Source: Candidatus Moraniibacteriota bacterium (lineage in GTDB: Bacteria; Patescibacteriota; Minisyncoccia; Moranbacterales; UBA1568). From it: DNA of 64,000 nt. The position numbers were made by a program, and so were the translations under genes. Positions 7,953-17,498 of this stretch are shown here, piece by piece (the first letter of the stretch is position 1; each line of letters begins with the position of its first letter). The notes under the pieces are model-generated. The model was not told where the DNA came from and did not search any database. It saw nothing but the letters and a program-made list of their open reading frames with translations. Where the stretch lies: assembly GCA_043743535.1 (NCBI GenBank), contig JAYTWI010000009.1, positions 67,407-131,406 of the forward strand. Reading direction: 5' to 3'.

Positions 7953-9545
7953 ATGTATGATATTCTCATAAAAAATGGAACGATCATTGATGGTAGTGGT
8001 CGTCCGATGTACCGCTGTGATCTGGCTATCGTAGAAGATCACATAGTGGCGATGGGGGATTTCCCCCACGCGCGAGCGGAAAAGGAAATCGATGCTACGG
8101 GTCAGTATGTAACGCCTGGTTTTGTGGATGTCAATAATCACTCGGATACCTATTGGCAGTTGCTTTCCCATCCAGAACTGGAGAGCATGATCCAGCAGGG
8201 AGTCACCACGGTCGTCGGTGGCAATTCCGGCTCTTCCTTAGCACCTTTGACCGAGCCGGGAGATATTCGCTCTATCCAGAAATGGACGGATATCGAGAAG
8301 ATCAACTTCAATTGGCTCTCTATGAAGGAATTTTTGGGGGCAGTGGAGAAACGACGGCCAACGCTGAACTTTGCGACGTTGGTGGGACATGGGACGCTCA
8401 GGCGTGGAGCCATGAAGGATGAGACACGGACCATTACGCCGGATGAGATTGGGATGATGCAACAGTATTTCAAGGTGGCTATGAAGGAGGGGGCGATTGG
8501 TTTGTCGACAGGACTTATCTATACTCATGCCCGTGGGGCTGGCGTGCGGGAACTTACGACTTTGGCCAAGAGTGCCGGATCCTTAGGTGGCCTCTATGTC
8601 ACCTATGTCCGTGATGAAAAAGAAAATCTTGTTAAGGCGGTGGAAGAGGCGCTCGCGGTTGCGCGCGAGGCTGGAGTACCAATTCATATTTCACACCTCA
8701 AAGCGGTAGGTGAGAAAAATTGGCATCTGATGGATGAAGTTTTCAACTTGATTGAAACGGCCGCCCTCGATGACATTGCTGTGACCTTCGATGTCTACCC
8801 CTATACCTCGACCGGCTCAGTTTTGTACACGCTCCTGCCAGAATGGGTGACACAAAATGGCAGAAAAATGATGATTGAGCAACTGAAAGATCCACAGACC
8901 TACGCCATGGTTTTGCGTGATATGCAGCAGAAGAAAACGGATTATGCTCAGGTGCAGATTTCTTCTTCGGCCTTGAGCAAAATGCTCTCAAGGCGTCGGA
9001 TATCAGAGATTGCCACGCTTCAAGGAAAATTACCGGAGCAAGTGATTTTGGATTTCTTACTGGCAAGCGACGGACGTGCTATCGTGACTATGGACGTGCT
9101 CTCGGAGCGTAACGTTTTGAAGGCTATACAGCATCCGTTTTCTATCATTTCGAGCAATGGCGTTGGGTACGGTGTGGCACACGCTCAGTCAGGCGACCTG
9201 GTGCACCCGCGTAATTTTGGTACTTTCCCGAAGGTCTTTGCCAAGTATGTACGCGAAGACAAGGCTCTTTCGTGGGAGGAGGCGGTACATAAGATGACAG
9301 GCAAGCCGGCTTTGAAATTCAAACTAGAAAAGCGTGGATTACTAGCGGAGGGGTACTTTGCTGACGTTGTGATCTTTCACCCAGATACTATCTCCGATAG
9401 GGCGACGATGGAAGACCCGTACCAGTATCCGGCCGGTATCGAGTACGTGATTATCAATGGTACGATTTCTTTGTTTCGGGGGGTTTTGACTGGGCGACCA
9501 GCGGGCACTATTTTACGTCCAAAAAAAAGCTTTTTTAAGTGGTGA
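7953..9545 (+). CDS. N-acyl-D-amino-acid deacylase homologue with degenerate metal and catalytic sites
   Basis: YDILIKNGTIIDGSG, TPGFVD, GLSTGLIY, HISHLK, DVYPY, HPRNFGTFP, ADVVIF; several ligand positions substituted. Confidence 0.88.
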   Translation: MYDILIKNGTIIDGSGRPMYRCDLAIVEDHIVAMGDFPHARAEKEIDATGQYVTPGFVDVNNHSDTYWQLLSHPELESMIQQGVTTVVGGNSGSSLAPLTEPGDIRSIQKWTDIEKINFNWLSMKEFLGAVEKRRPTLNFATLVGHGTLRRGAMKDETRTITPDEIGMMQQYFKVAMKEGAIGLSTGLIYTHARGAGVRELTTLAKSAGSLGGLYVTYVRDEKENLVKAVEEALAVAREAGVPIHISHLKAVGEKNWHLMDEVFNLIETAALDDIAVTFDVYPYTSTGSVLYTLLPEWVTQNGRKMMIEQLKDPQTYAMVLRDMQQKKTDYAQVQISSSALSKMLSRRRISEIATLQGKLPEQVILDFLLASDGRAIVTMDVLSERNVLKAIQHPFSIISSNGVGYGVAHAQSGDLVHPRNFGTFPKVFAKYVREDKALSWEEAVHKMTGKPALKFKLEKRGLLAEGYFADVVIFHPDTISDRATMEDPYQYPAGIEYVIINGTISLFRGVLTGRPAGTILRPKKSFFKW

Positions 9546-9650
9546 ATACCCCTTTTGCATCCTCCTCGTGACAGGTATCTTCAGTTGTGAGAGGATGTGA
9601 GGGTGACTCTGTAGCCGGTGGGTGCTGTTGATAATGGCTGCGGGTGTCCC

Positions 9651-11060
9651 ATGGATATGCAAGAATCATTTTTCAAGAATAAACGAGTGACGGTATTCGG
9701 CCTGGGGCTGAGTGGGGGCGGGGTAGGGACCGTGCTTTTTTTGGTGAAGCAAGGGGTTCGTGAGGTCATTGTGACTGATATGAAGAGCCGTCAAGAATTG
9801 GCGCCTGTCATCGCCAAGCTCGCAGCCTATAAGAACATCACTTTCGTGTTCGGTCAGCACCGGCCGGAAGACTTTACTCGGGTGGACATGGTGATCAAGA
9901 ACCCGATTATTCCTTGGACGAATGAGTATGTGAAACTCGCGAAGAGGAATAAGGTGCCCGTGGAAATGGATTCGAGTCTTTTTTTTGCCCTCTGTCATGC
10001 CACGATTATCGGTGTGACAGGGAGCAAAGGCAAGACAACGACTGCCTCTCTTATTGCTCATATTTTGGAGCAGGCTGGTAAAGCGGTTGTGCGGGTTGGT
10101 ATCAGTCAGGGGGGAGTGCTCCCCTTCCTTCAAAAGATTACCAAAGAAAGCATCGTTGTGTTCGAACTTTCTTCTTGGCGACTGTCCGCTTTGTCTGTGG
10201 TGAAAAAAAGTCCACACATTGCTGTCGTTACCAACATCTTTCCCGATCATCTCAACTACTATAAGTCTATGGCGGCCTATAAGGCTGACAAAAAAAATAT
10301 CTTTACCTTTCAAAGGAGCCGTGACGTGGTCGTGGCTAATTTTGCAGATAGTGCGGTGCGGGAAATGGTACAGGATGCGCCGGGGCAGCTTGTCTGGTTT
10401 TCGACTCTTGGGCCGATTGAGGGAGATGGGGCGTGGCTCGATGATGCGACGTTGTTTGCTTCTGTTCAAGGGAAAACACAGTCGTTGCTCCCGGTAGAAA
10501 AAGTAGCGTTGAAAGGCACACATAATTTATCCAATATTTTAGCCGCCGCCGCCGCTACTCTTGCTTCGGGACTTTCGCTTGAGCAGGTGCGTGCTGGTAT
10601 CAGAACGTTCAGTGGCGTTCCTCATCGTTTGGAAAAAGTTGCCGTCAAGAAGGGAGTCGTCTATTTCAATGATACGGCGGCGACTATCCCTGACGCGGCC
10701 GTGGCTGCTCTTCGGTCATTCACTGAGCCAGTTATTCTGATCGCGGGTGGCAGTGATAAGGAATTGGACTTCGAAAATTTTGCCCAGGAAATTCTTGTTC
10801 GCTCCAAGGGGCTGGTACTCTTCAAGGGTACAGGGACTGAGAAATTGCTCAAAGCTCTGCGGCGGGCGTTGCCAGAAGGGGAACGGGAAAGGAAATTTGA
10901 GATCGTGGAGACGATGGGCAAAGCAGTGGAGCTTGCTTCGCGCGGTGCTGAAGCGGGAGACGTCGTTCTTCTTTCGCCTGGTGCCACCAGTTTTGGACTC
11001 TTCCAAAACGAGTTTGATCGGGGCGAACAATTTCGCCAAGCGGTGAACGATTTGCCATAG
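9651..11060 (+). CDS. murD: UDP-N-acetylmuramoyl-L-alanine--D-glutamate ligase
   Basis: VFGLGLSG, GVTGSKGKTTT, ELSSW, DHLN, HRLE, NDTAAT, LSPGATSFGLFQNEFDRG. Confidence 0.96.
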   Translation: MDMQESFFKNKRVTVFGLGLSGGGVGTVLFLVKQGVREVIVTDMKSRQELAPVIAKLAAYKNITFVFGQHRPEDFTRVDMVIKNPIIPWTNEYVKLAKRNKVPVEMDSSLFFALCHATIIGVTGSKGKTTTASLIAHILEQAGKAVVRVGISQGGVLPFLQKITKESIVVFELSSWRLSALSVVKKSPHIAVVTNIFPDHLNYYKSMAAYKADKKNIFTFQRSRDVVVANFADSAVREMVQDAPGQLVWFSTLGPIEGDGAWLDDATLFASVQGKTQSLLPVEKVALKGTHNLSNILAAAAATLASGLSLEQVRAGIRTFSGVPHRLEKVAVKKGVVYFNDTAATIPDAAVAALRSFTEPVILIAGGSDKELDFENFAQEILVRSKGLVLFKGTGTEKLLKALRRALPEGERERKFEIVETMGKAVELASRGAEAGDVVLLSPGATSFGLFQNEFDRGEQFRQAVNDLP

Positions 11061-11109
11061 GGATTATCCAGCCCTCGTTTATACTCGGCCTGGTACAAAT
11101 GTTTTTTTC

Positions 11110-11153
11110 TTGACAGTATACCAGGAAATGGTATACAGTACCCCCGTAGGGTA
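11110..11153 (+). promoter_or_regulatory. Promoter with two tandem CsoR/RcnR-type operator palindromes
   Basis: TTGACA at 11110; GTATACCA-ggaaa-TGGTATAC (11116-11136) and TACCC-ccgta-GGGTA (11139-11153) directly upstream of a CsoR-family gene. Confidence 0.7.
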
Positions 11154-11160
11154 TATAATA

Positions 11161-11439
11161 ATGGATGAGACTATGACGCTAAAAAAGACGTTGAAGAAAA
11201 AGGAAACCAAGTCGCCTATCGAATCTCGCCTTGCCCGTATCGAGGGCCAATTGCGGGGGATACGGCGGATGCTGGCGGAGAAGCAAGACTGTCTCGCTAT
11301 TATTACTCAGGTGACCGCTATTCGCGAAGCGGTAGCGATGCTCGGGGTGGAGCTTTTGAAAGATGATATCACCTGCAAGTGGGATGGTAAGCGAAAAATT
11401 GATGAAGCTTATCTCAAGTCGCTCTTCCGGATGCAGTAA
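11161..11439 (+). CDS. CsoR/RcnR family transcriptional repressor
   Basis: RLARIEGQLRGIRRM....DCLAIITQVTA; start 11161 or 11173. Confidence 0.9.
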   Translation: MDETMTLKKTLKKKETKSPIESRLARIEGQLRGIRRMLAEKQDCLAIITQVTAIREAVAMLGVELLKDDITCKWDGKRKIDEAYLKSLFRMQ

Positions 11440-11472
11440 CTCCTCGTGATATTTGCTATATAAGAAAAACTT

Positions 11473-12708
11473 ATGAACAACCCTTTCGAAAACGCACAGC
11501 AGCAATTGCGAGCCATTCATAAAATAGTCGGTTTCGACGAAAACATTATGGTCCAGCTGATGAGCCCCAAGAGGGTGCTCGAGGTATCATTACCGGTCAA
11601 GATGGATGATGGTCACACAGAAGTATTTACTGGGTATCGTTCGCAGTATAATGATGCTCGTGGTCCTTTCAAGGGCGGCATCCGTTTTCATCCTGGAGTG
11701 ACGGTAGATGAGGTCAAAGCGCTTTCGGCGTGGATGACATGGAAGTGTGCTGTTGTTAATATCCCGCTTGGGGGTGGGAAGGGCGGAGTGATTGTTGATC
11801 CGAAGAAGCTTTCTTTAGGGGAGATCGAACGTTTATCACGAGCCTACGCGCGAGCGCTTACTCCCTTCATCGGACCTATGGTGGATGTGCCCGCGCCGGA
11901 TGTTTCGACTGATCCGCGCATTATGGGCTTCATGCTTGATGAATATGAAGAGGTGATCGGACGACGAGCACCTGGTGTTATCACAGGAAAGCCTCTTTCT
12001 ATTGGTGGTTCAAAAGTACGGGAGTATTCGACCGCCAAAGGAGCTTTTCATGTTATTGAGAAGGCAGTAGAGGTACTTGGTTTGACCCGTACCGCCACAG
12101 TCGCCATTCAGGGCTTTGGGAACGGCGGGAGTTTCTTAGCAAAAATTTTGCAGCAGGCTGGTTTCCTGGTGGTGGCGATCGCTGATTCCAAAATGACGGT
12201 CTATAATAAGGATGGTCTCGATATCACGGTACTGGAAAAAAGTAAAAACGAAACGGGTAGCTTCAAAGGCACGGGTGTTGGCGAGGAACTACCTAGTGAA
12301 GCAGTGCTTTCACTCCCTGTTGATATTTTGGTGCCGGCTGCCTTGGAGGATGCTCTCCATGAAGGGAATATGAAAGAGATTCAGGCCAAGCTCATTGTAG
12401 AAGTAGCTAATGGTCCAGTGACACCAGAAGCGGAAGAATTCCTGACTGGAAATGGCGTGATGATTGTGCCGGATATTTTGGCCAACGCCGGTGGGGTGAC
12501 GGTGAGTTATTTCGAGCAGGTGCAGAATGCGATGAATTATGCTTGGGAAGAAGAAGAGATTTTGCACAAGCTACGAGTGATTATGGACACTGCATTTGAG
12601 GCCGTGTGGCAAGAAAAGGAAACATATAAAACCACTATGCGTATGGGAGCCTATGCTCTGGCCGTGAAGCGCGTAGCTCAGGCTATGAAAGATCGGGGCC
12701 GGGCATGA
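11473..12708 (+). CDS. gdhA: Glutamate dehydrogenase (Glu/Leu/Phe/Val family)
   Basis: RGPFKGGIRFHP, GGGKGG, DVPAPDV, TGKP, QGFGNGG, NAGGVTVSYFE. Confidence 0.95.
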   Translation: MNNPFENAQQQLRAIHKIVGFDENIMVQLMSPKRVLEVSLPVKMDDGHTEVFTGYRSQYNDARGPFKGGIRFHPGVTVDEVKALSAWMTWKCAVVNIPLGGGKGGVIVDPKKLSLGEIERLSRAYARALTPFIGPMVDVPAPDVSTDPRIMGFMLDEYEEVIGRRAPGVITGKPLSIGGSKVREYSTAKGAFHVIEKAVEVLGLTRTATVAIQGFGNGGSFLAKILQQAGFLVVAIADSKMTVYNKDGLDITVLEKSKNETGSFKGTGVGEELPSEAVLSLPVDILVPAALEDALHEGNMKEIQAKLIVEVANGPVTPEAEEFLTGNGVMIVPDILANAGGVTVSYFEQVQNAMNYAWEEEEILHKLRVIMDTAFEAVWQEKETYKTTMRMGAYALAVKRVAQAMKDRGRA

Positions 12709-12781
12709 TTTTCTGTGTTGGTTGAGCAGTCCTCTCTACCGGGAGGCAGGTAAAAAACTCATCAGTTAAGAAGTTATAAAT

Positions 12782-13708
12782 ATGTACGACGTGATTATTA
12801 TTGGGGGAGGGCCAGGTGGGGTTGCCGCGGGCGTGTATGCGGCACGTAAACAATTGAAGACACTGTTTCTTACGGAAAGTTTTCAGAGTCAGTCAACAGT
12901 ATCGGCGAGCATCGAGAATTGGATTGGGACGGTGTCCATTTCTGGTTGGGAGTTTGGTCAATCACTTGAGAAACACTTGCGTGTCCAAGAGGGAATCGAA
13001 ATTGTCGTTGGAATGAAAGCATCGAAAGTGACCAAGCGTGATGAAGGTGGGTATATTGTTGCAACCGAAAAAGGTGGTACGTATGAAACGAAAACAGTGA
13101 TCATCGCCTCTGGTGGTCGCCATCGTCACCTCGGTGTGCCTGGCGAAGAGAAATTCAATGGCAAGGGAGTGGTCTACTGTTCTACGTGTGATGCACCATT
13201 CTTCCGCGACAAGAAAGTGGTAGTAGTTGGTGGCGGCAATGCCGGATTGGAGGCCGTGGAAGATTTGCTTCCGTATGCCAGTGAAATCCTTCTCGTCGTT
13301 CGTTCAGGGGAATTGAAAGGTGATCAAGTGACTCAGGATACCATACTCACTTCGCCTAAGGTAACTGTTATGTACAAACAATTGACACAGGAAGTGTTGG
13401 GAGAAATGAAAGTGGAAGGCGTTCGTCTCAAACATGCTGAGACCAGTGAAGAACAAACAATCACTCTTGATGGAGTGTTTGTGGAAATCGGGATGATACC
13501 TAATACCGAGTTCGTAAAGGACTTATTGGAATTAAACGAACGTGGAGAAATCATCATTGATGGGCGTACCACCGCCACTTCTCGGCCGGGGATTTTTGCC
13601 ACTGGAGATGCCACTGATATGCCCTTCAAACAAAACAATATCTCAGCTGGTTACGGGGTGGTAGCCGCCCTCTCGGCTTACGATTTTATTCGCAAGGGGA
13701 GAGGGTAG
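12782..13708 (+). CDS. trxB: Thioredoxin reductase / AhpF C-terminal-like FAD disulfide oxidoreductase
   Basis: IIGGGPGG, YCSTCD (CxxC), VVGGGNAG, GIFATGD. Confidence 0.88.
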   Translation: MYDVIIIGGGPGGVAAGVYAARKQLKTLFLTESFQSQSTVSASIENWIGTVSISGWEFGQSLEKHLRVQEGIEIVVGMKASKVTKRDEGGYIVATEKGGTYETKTVIIASGGRHRHLGVPGEEKFNGKGVVYCSTCDAPFFRDKKVVVVGGGNAGLEAVEDLLPYASEILLVVRSGELKGDQVTQDTILTSPKVTVMYKQLTQEVLGEMKVEGVRLKHAETSEEQTITLDGVFVEIGMIPNTEFVKDLLELNERGEIIIDGRTTATSRPGIFATGDATDMPFKQNNISAGYGVVAALSAYDFIRKGRG

Positions 13709-13805
13709 AAACTCTTTACAGAAGTGGGAAAACGTGCTATACTGCTTGTACAAATGAAAAATAGGTTGCCTCGACTAAGTCGAGTGAGCATCGTTAGAAG
13801 TACAG

Positions 13806-13843
13806 AAAACGGGTATTCAGAAGGAATGCCTGTTTTCTTTTTC
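13806..13843 (+). terminator. Intrinsic terminator hairpin
   Basis: GAAAACGGGTATTC-agaag-GAATGCCTGTTTTC followed by a T-run. Confidence 0.7.
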
Positions 13844-13895
13844 TGGCAGGGGTTCTCAAGTTTTTAACTTGATAGTTTTCAGACAGTGGTGGGGG

Positions 13896-13924
13896 TTGAA
13901 ATACGGGCTTTCCTAAGCTATACT
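13896..13924 (+). promoter_or_regulatory. Sigma70-type promoter of murA-mreB
   Basis: TTGAAA-17 bp-TATACT. Confidence 0.65.
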
Positions 13925-14032
13925 ACTTGGTGCCCTCCCGTAGGAGAAGCAGAGAAAAATTGGTATAGTGGGGTGGAGCTTCTGTATGCTTTTGTGTGAT
14001 TTTTTTAAGACATTGCGGTAAATTTTACGAGT

Positions 14033-15295
14033 ATGGAAGTTTTTGAAATCGAGGGCGGAAAAAAGCTTTCCGGCACAATCACGGTTTCTGGACTGAAGAA
14101 TGCGGCTACGCCTATTTTGGCTGCTACTCTTTTGACGAATGAAACGTGTGTCTTGAAAAATGTCCCGCGTATTGAAGACGTTTTTCGAATGTTAGAAATT
14201 TTAGAGAGCTTGGGAGCGACGGTCGAGTGGCGTGGGGAAAGCACGGTGGCTATTACCGCTCACACTATTGATGCTAAACGGATCAATCAAGAAGTGGTTA
14301 AACGTCTGCGCTCCTCCGTTTTTCTCTTGGGGGCGCTTTCGGCTCGTGTCAATCATTTTGCTATTCGTCAGCCTGGGGGCTGTGTCATCGGGGCGCGGCC
14401 GATGGGCACACATATTGATGCCTTGGAGAAACTGGGTGTCACCATTAAGGGGGATGGTAAAAGTTTCCTTATAGATGCCACCAAGAAAAAAACCGCCAAG
14501 GTAGTGTTGCGTGAACTCTCGGTGACGGCTACAGAAAACATTATGCTGCTCGCTGCGACTTTGCCAGGGAAAACCGTCATCAAGCTGGCCGCAACAGAAC
14601 CACATGTCGCCGACTTGGGGAAATTCTTACAGGCTCTCGGGGTAAAGATGACTGGTCTCGGCACCCATACTATTACCATAAGCGGCCAACGGAAATTGTT
14701 TGGTGCCACGCATACGATTATGCCGGACCACAATGAGGCTGCCACCTTTCTTGTCTTGGGGGCGCTCACGGGGAGCGAGTTAACCGTGAAAAATGCCCGC
14801 GAGGATGATCTGGATGTCGTTTTGGAGAAAATGAAAGAATTTGGCGTGACTTTTACAGTTGGTAAAAACAGCATCACAGTTCATCCGGCCAAAAAATTGC
14901 GGGCAGTTTCCAAAGTGCAGACTCAGACGTATCCCGGTGTCCCAACCGAAACGCAATCTCTTTTCGCCGCTCTGGCCACCCAGGCCGAAGGAGACACTCT
15001 TATTTTTGAAACGATGTTCGAAGGTCGATTTAACTATGTTCCTGAGCTCATCAAAATGGGAGCGCAGGTGGATATTCTCAATCCGCATCAGTTAATAGTC
15101 CATGGCAAGACCAGACTCCACGGGACGGTAATCAAAAGCTATGACTTGCGGGCCGGGGCAGCGCTCATTTTAGCGGCCTTGGCCGCACGCGGTACGACTA
15201 TCATCGAAGACATCTATCAGATAGATCGTGGGTATGAACGGATTGAGGAGCGGCTACAAAAAATCGGGGCACTGATCAAACGAGTGAATGTGTGA
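14033..15295 (+). CDS. murA: UDP-N-acetylglucosamine 1-carboxyvinyltransferase
   Basis: SGLKNAA, PGGCVIGARP (catalytic Cys), SVTATEN, DLRAGAAL, IDRGYE. Confidence 0.97.
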   Translation: MEVFEIEGGKKLSGTITVSGLKNAATPILAATLLTNETCVLKNVPRIEDVFRMLEILESLGATVEWRGESTVAITAHTIDAKRINQEVVKRLRSSVFLLGALSARVNHFAIRQPGGCVIGARPMGTHIDALEKLGVTIKGDGKSFLIDATKKKTAKVVLRELSVTATENIMLLAATLPGKTVIKLAATEPHVADLGKFLQALGVKMTGLGTHTITISGQRKLFGATHTIMPDHNEAATFLVLGALTGSELTVKNAREDDLDVVLEKMKEFGVTFTVGKNSITVHPAKKLRAVSKVQTQTYPGVPTETQSLFAALATQAEGDTLIFETMFEGRFNYVPELIKMGAQVDILNPHQLIVHGKTRLHGTVIKSYDLRAGAALILAALAARGTTIIEDIYQIDRGYERIEERLQKIGALIKRVNV

Positions 15296-15328
15296 AAAAC
15301 ATTGAGAAATTTTGTGATTTTATAGTTT

Positions 15329-16345
15329 ATGCAGTCAATATTTTTACCGAAAATCGGGATTGATTTGGGCACGGCCAATACCCTGGTGTTTGTGCCGGGT
15401 AAGGGGGTAGTCATTAACGAGCCATCGGTGGTGGCAATTTCACTCACCGAAAACAAAGTGTTGGCGGTAGGCAATGAGGCAAAGGAAATGCTCGGACGTA
15501 CCCCCGATACTATCATGGCCGTGCGTCCGCTCAAGGATGGGGCTATTGCTGACTATCGTATCACCGAAGCGATGCTCAAATACTTTATCGGGCGAGTCGG
15601 TGGCCGGATCCGTTTTTTTCGCCCGGAAGTCGTCTTGTCTATTCCGGCTGGTATTACTTCCACTGAACGTCGAGCAGTAATTGACGCGGCTCTCAAAGCC
15701 GGAGCCAAGGCCGCCTATGTTGTCAAAGAGCCAATTTTGGCTGCTATTGGAGCCGGTATCCCTATCCATACTGCGCAGGGCAATATGATTATTAATATCG
15801 GAGGCGGAACGTCAGAGATTGCTATCATTTCTTTGGGTGGGGTGGTGGCCTCGCACAGCGCCCGGGTAGGTGGTAACCGGATCGATCAAGCTATTTCCGA
15901 CTATATCAAACGTAAGTACAGTCTGGCCATTGGTGATCGTACGGCTGAAGAAGTGAAAATAAAGATCGGCTCCGCTATCGCCCAAGTCAAAGAAGATCAT
16001 ATGGAAGTGCGGGGGCGCGATCTGATGGGCGGCCTACCGAAGACAGTCAATATTTCGTCGAACGAAGTGACCGAAGCTATCCAAGATGAGCTGCGTGAAA
16101 TCATCAATGTCATTAAGCAGGTACTCCAGGAAACACCGCCGGAATTGGCAGCTGATATTATGGACAAGGGGATGGTACTTTCTGGCGGCACGGCGCAGCT
16201 TCGCTACCTCGATCAGCTCATTTCCAAAACCATCAATGTACCGTGCTATGTGGCTGATGATCCTGCCTTTTGTGTGGTCAAGGGAACAGGTGTCGTGCTC
16301 GAAAATCTGGATGTTTACAAGAGAAGTATAATGCTGGGGAAGTAG
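15329..16345 (+). CDS. mreB: Rod shape-determining protein MreB/Mbl
   Basis: IGIDLGTANT, EPSVVA, RPLKDG, IGGGTSE, ETPPELAADI. Confidence 0.96.
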   Translation: MQSIFLPKIGIDLGTANTLVFVPGKGVVINEPSVVAISLTENKVLAVGNEAKEMLGRTPDTIMAVRPLKDGAIADYRITEAMLKYFIGRVGGRIRFFRPEVVLSIPAGITSTERRAVIDAALKAGAKAAYVVKEPILAAIGAGIPIHTAQGNMIINIGGGTSEIAIISLGGVVASHSARVGGNRIDQAISDYIKRKYSLAIGDRTAEEVKIKIGSAIAQVKEDHMEVRGRDLMGGLPKTVNISSNEVTEAIQDELREIINVIKQVLQETPPELAADIMDKGMVLSGGTAQLRYLDQLISKTINVPCYVADDPAFCVVKGTGVVLENLDVYKRSIMLGK

Positions 16346-16367
16346 GATTGGTAGCGAAATATTTCTT

Positions 16368-17498
16368 ATGACTATCGGCATTGATGCCTCGCGGGCATTT
16401 TTGAAACGACGCACCGGCATAGAAGAATATGCTTATCAGGTGATTAAGCATATGCGAGGAGAGCTGTCTCATGAGGCGGTTGTTTTATATGTTCGTAAGA
16501 AACTTACATTCTCAGATGGTCGTCTCAGAATGGACATGCCGAATATTGATTTTGAGTTGCCAGAAAAATGGCACGTGCGAGGATTGTGGGCGCCACGCTT
16601 TTGGACACAAATCGCTTTGTCTATCGAAATGTTCTTCTACCCAGTAGACGTATTATTCGTGCCAGCGCATACTGTGCCCTTGCTCCATCCTAAGAAAACC
16701 GTGGTCACCATCCATGGGCTGGAATACGAATTTTGTCCCGGGTCGTATTCTTTCTGGGAACGACTCTATATGAGCCTCTCTATCCGCTATTCCTGTCTGG
16801 TGGCCAGTACTGTTATCTGTGTGTCGGAAAATACCAAGAAAGATGTGATGAAATTATATGGTGTGATGGCGGAAAAAATTCGGGTGATTTATGAGGGATA
16901 TGAAAGTAAATTTCAAAATCCAAGTGTCAAATACCAAACAAAACCCAAAGCTCAAAGCCCAAACGTCAATCCTTACGTGTTGTTTATTGGAAGATTAGAA
17001 GAGCGCAAGAATGTGGTACGGATGATCGAGGCTTTTGAAATATTAAAAACAAAATATCAAATCCCACACGAACTCATCTTGGTAGGAAAGTCCGGGTATG
17101 GCTATGAAAGAATCAAGCAGAAAATAGCGAGGAGTAAGGCAAAGGAATCACTTCGCGAAATGGGCTATGTTTCGGAAGAGGAAAAATGGGGTTTGCTATG
17201 GAATGCTGACATATTTCTGTTCCCCACTCTGTATGAAGGTTTTGGGATACCAGTTCTAGAGGCACAGAGTGTGGGGGTGCCAGTGGTGACATCTCATACG
17301 TCGTCTTTACCAGAAGTAGCCGGTGAAGGAGCAGTTTTTGTTGATCCCTTAAATGTAGAGAGTATAGCTAAGGGTATCTACCAGGTGCTTTCTGATCCGA
17401 ATGTGAGAAGTGGTATAATAAAAAAAGCGGTCATCAATGTGAACCGTTTTGGTTGGGCGTCGTGCTCGAAGAAAATTTCTCAATTATTGTCACAATAA
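16368..17498 (+). CDS. GT4 glycosyltransferase
   Basis: TGIEEY, IGRLEERKN, PTLYEGFGIPVLEA, SSLPEVAG. Confidence 0.92.
   Translation: MTIGIDASRAFLKRRTGIEEYAYQVIKHMRGELSHEAVVLYVRKKLTFSDGRLRMDMPNIDFELPEKWHVRGLWAPRFWTQIALSIEMFFYPVDVLFVPAHTVPLLHPKKTVVTIHGLEYEFCPGSYSFWERLYMSLSIRYSCLVASTVICVSENTKKDVMKLYGVMAEKIRVIYEGYESKFQNPSVKYQTKPKAQSPNVNPYVLFIGRLEERKNVVRMIEAFEILKTKYQIPHELILVGKSGYGYERIKQKIARSKAKESLREMGYVSEEEKWGLLWNADIFLFPTLYEGFGIPVLEAQSVGVPVVTSHTSSLPEVAGEGAVFVDPLNVESIAKGIYQVLSDPNVRSGIIKKAVINVNRFGWASCSKKISQLLSQ
16908..16970 (+). repeat. 7-bp-periodic CAA tract lying in-frame within the GT4 gene
   Basis: CAA at 16914, 16921, 16928, 16935, then 16939, 16946, 16953, 16960, 16967. Confidence 0.75.

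Noticed and set aside
12731-12750. Short imperfect palindrome CCTCTCTACCGGGAGGCAGG
   Set aside because: Single degenerate copy; too short to call as a repeat family from this window
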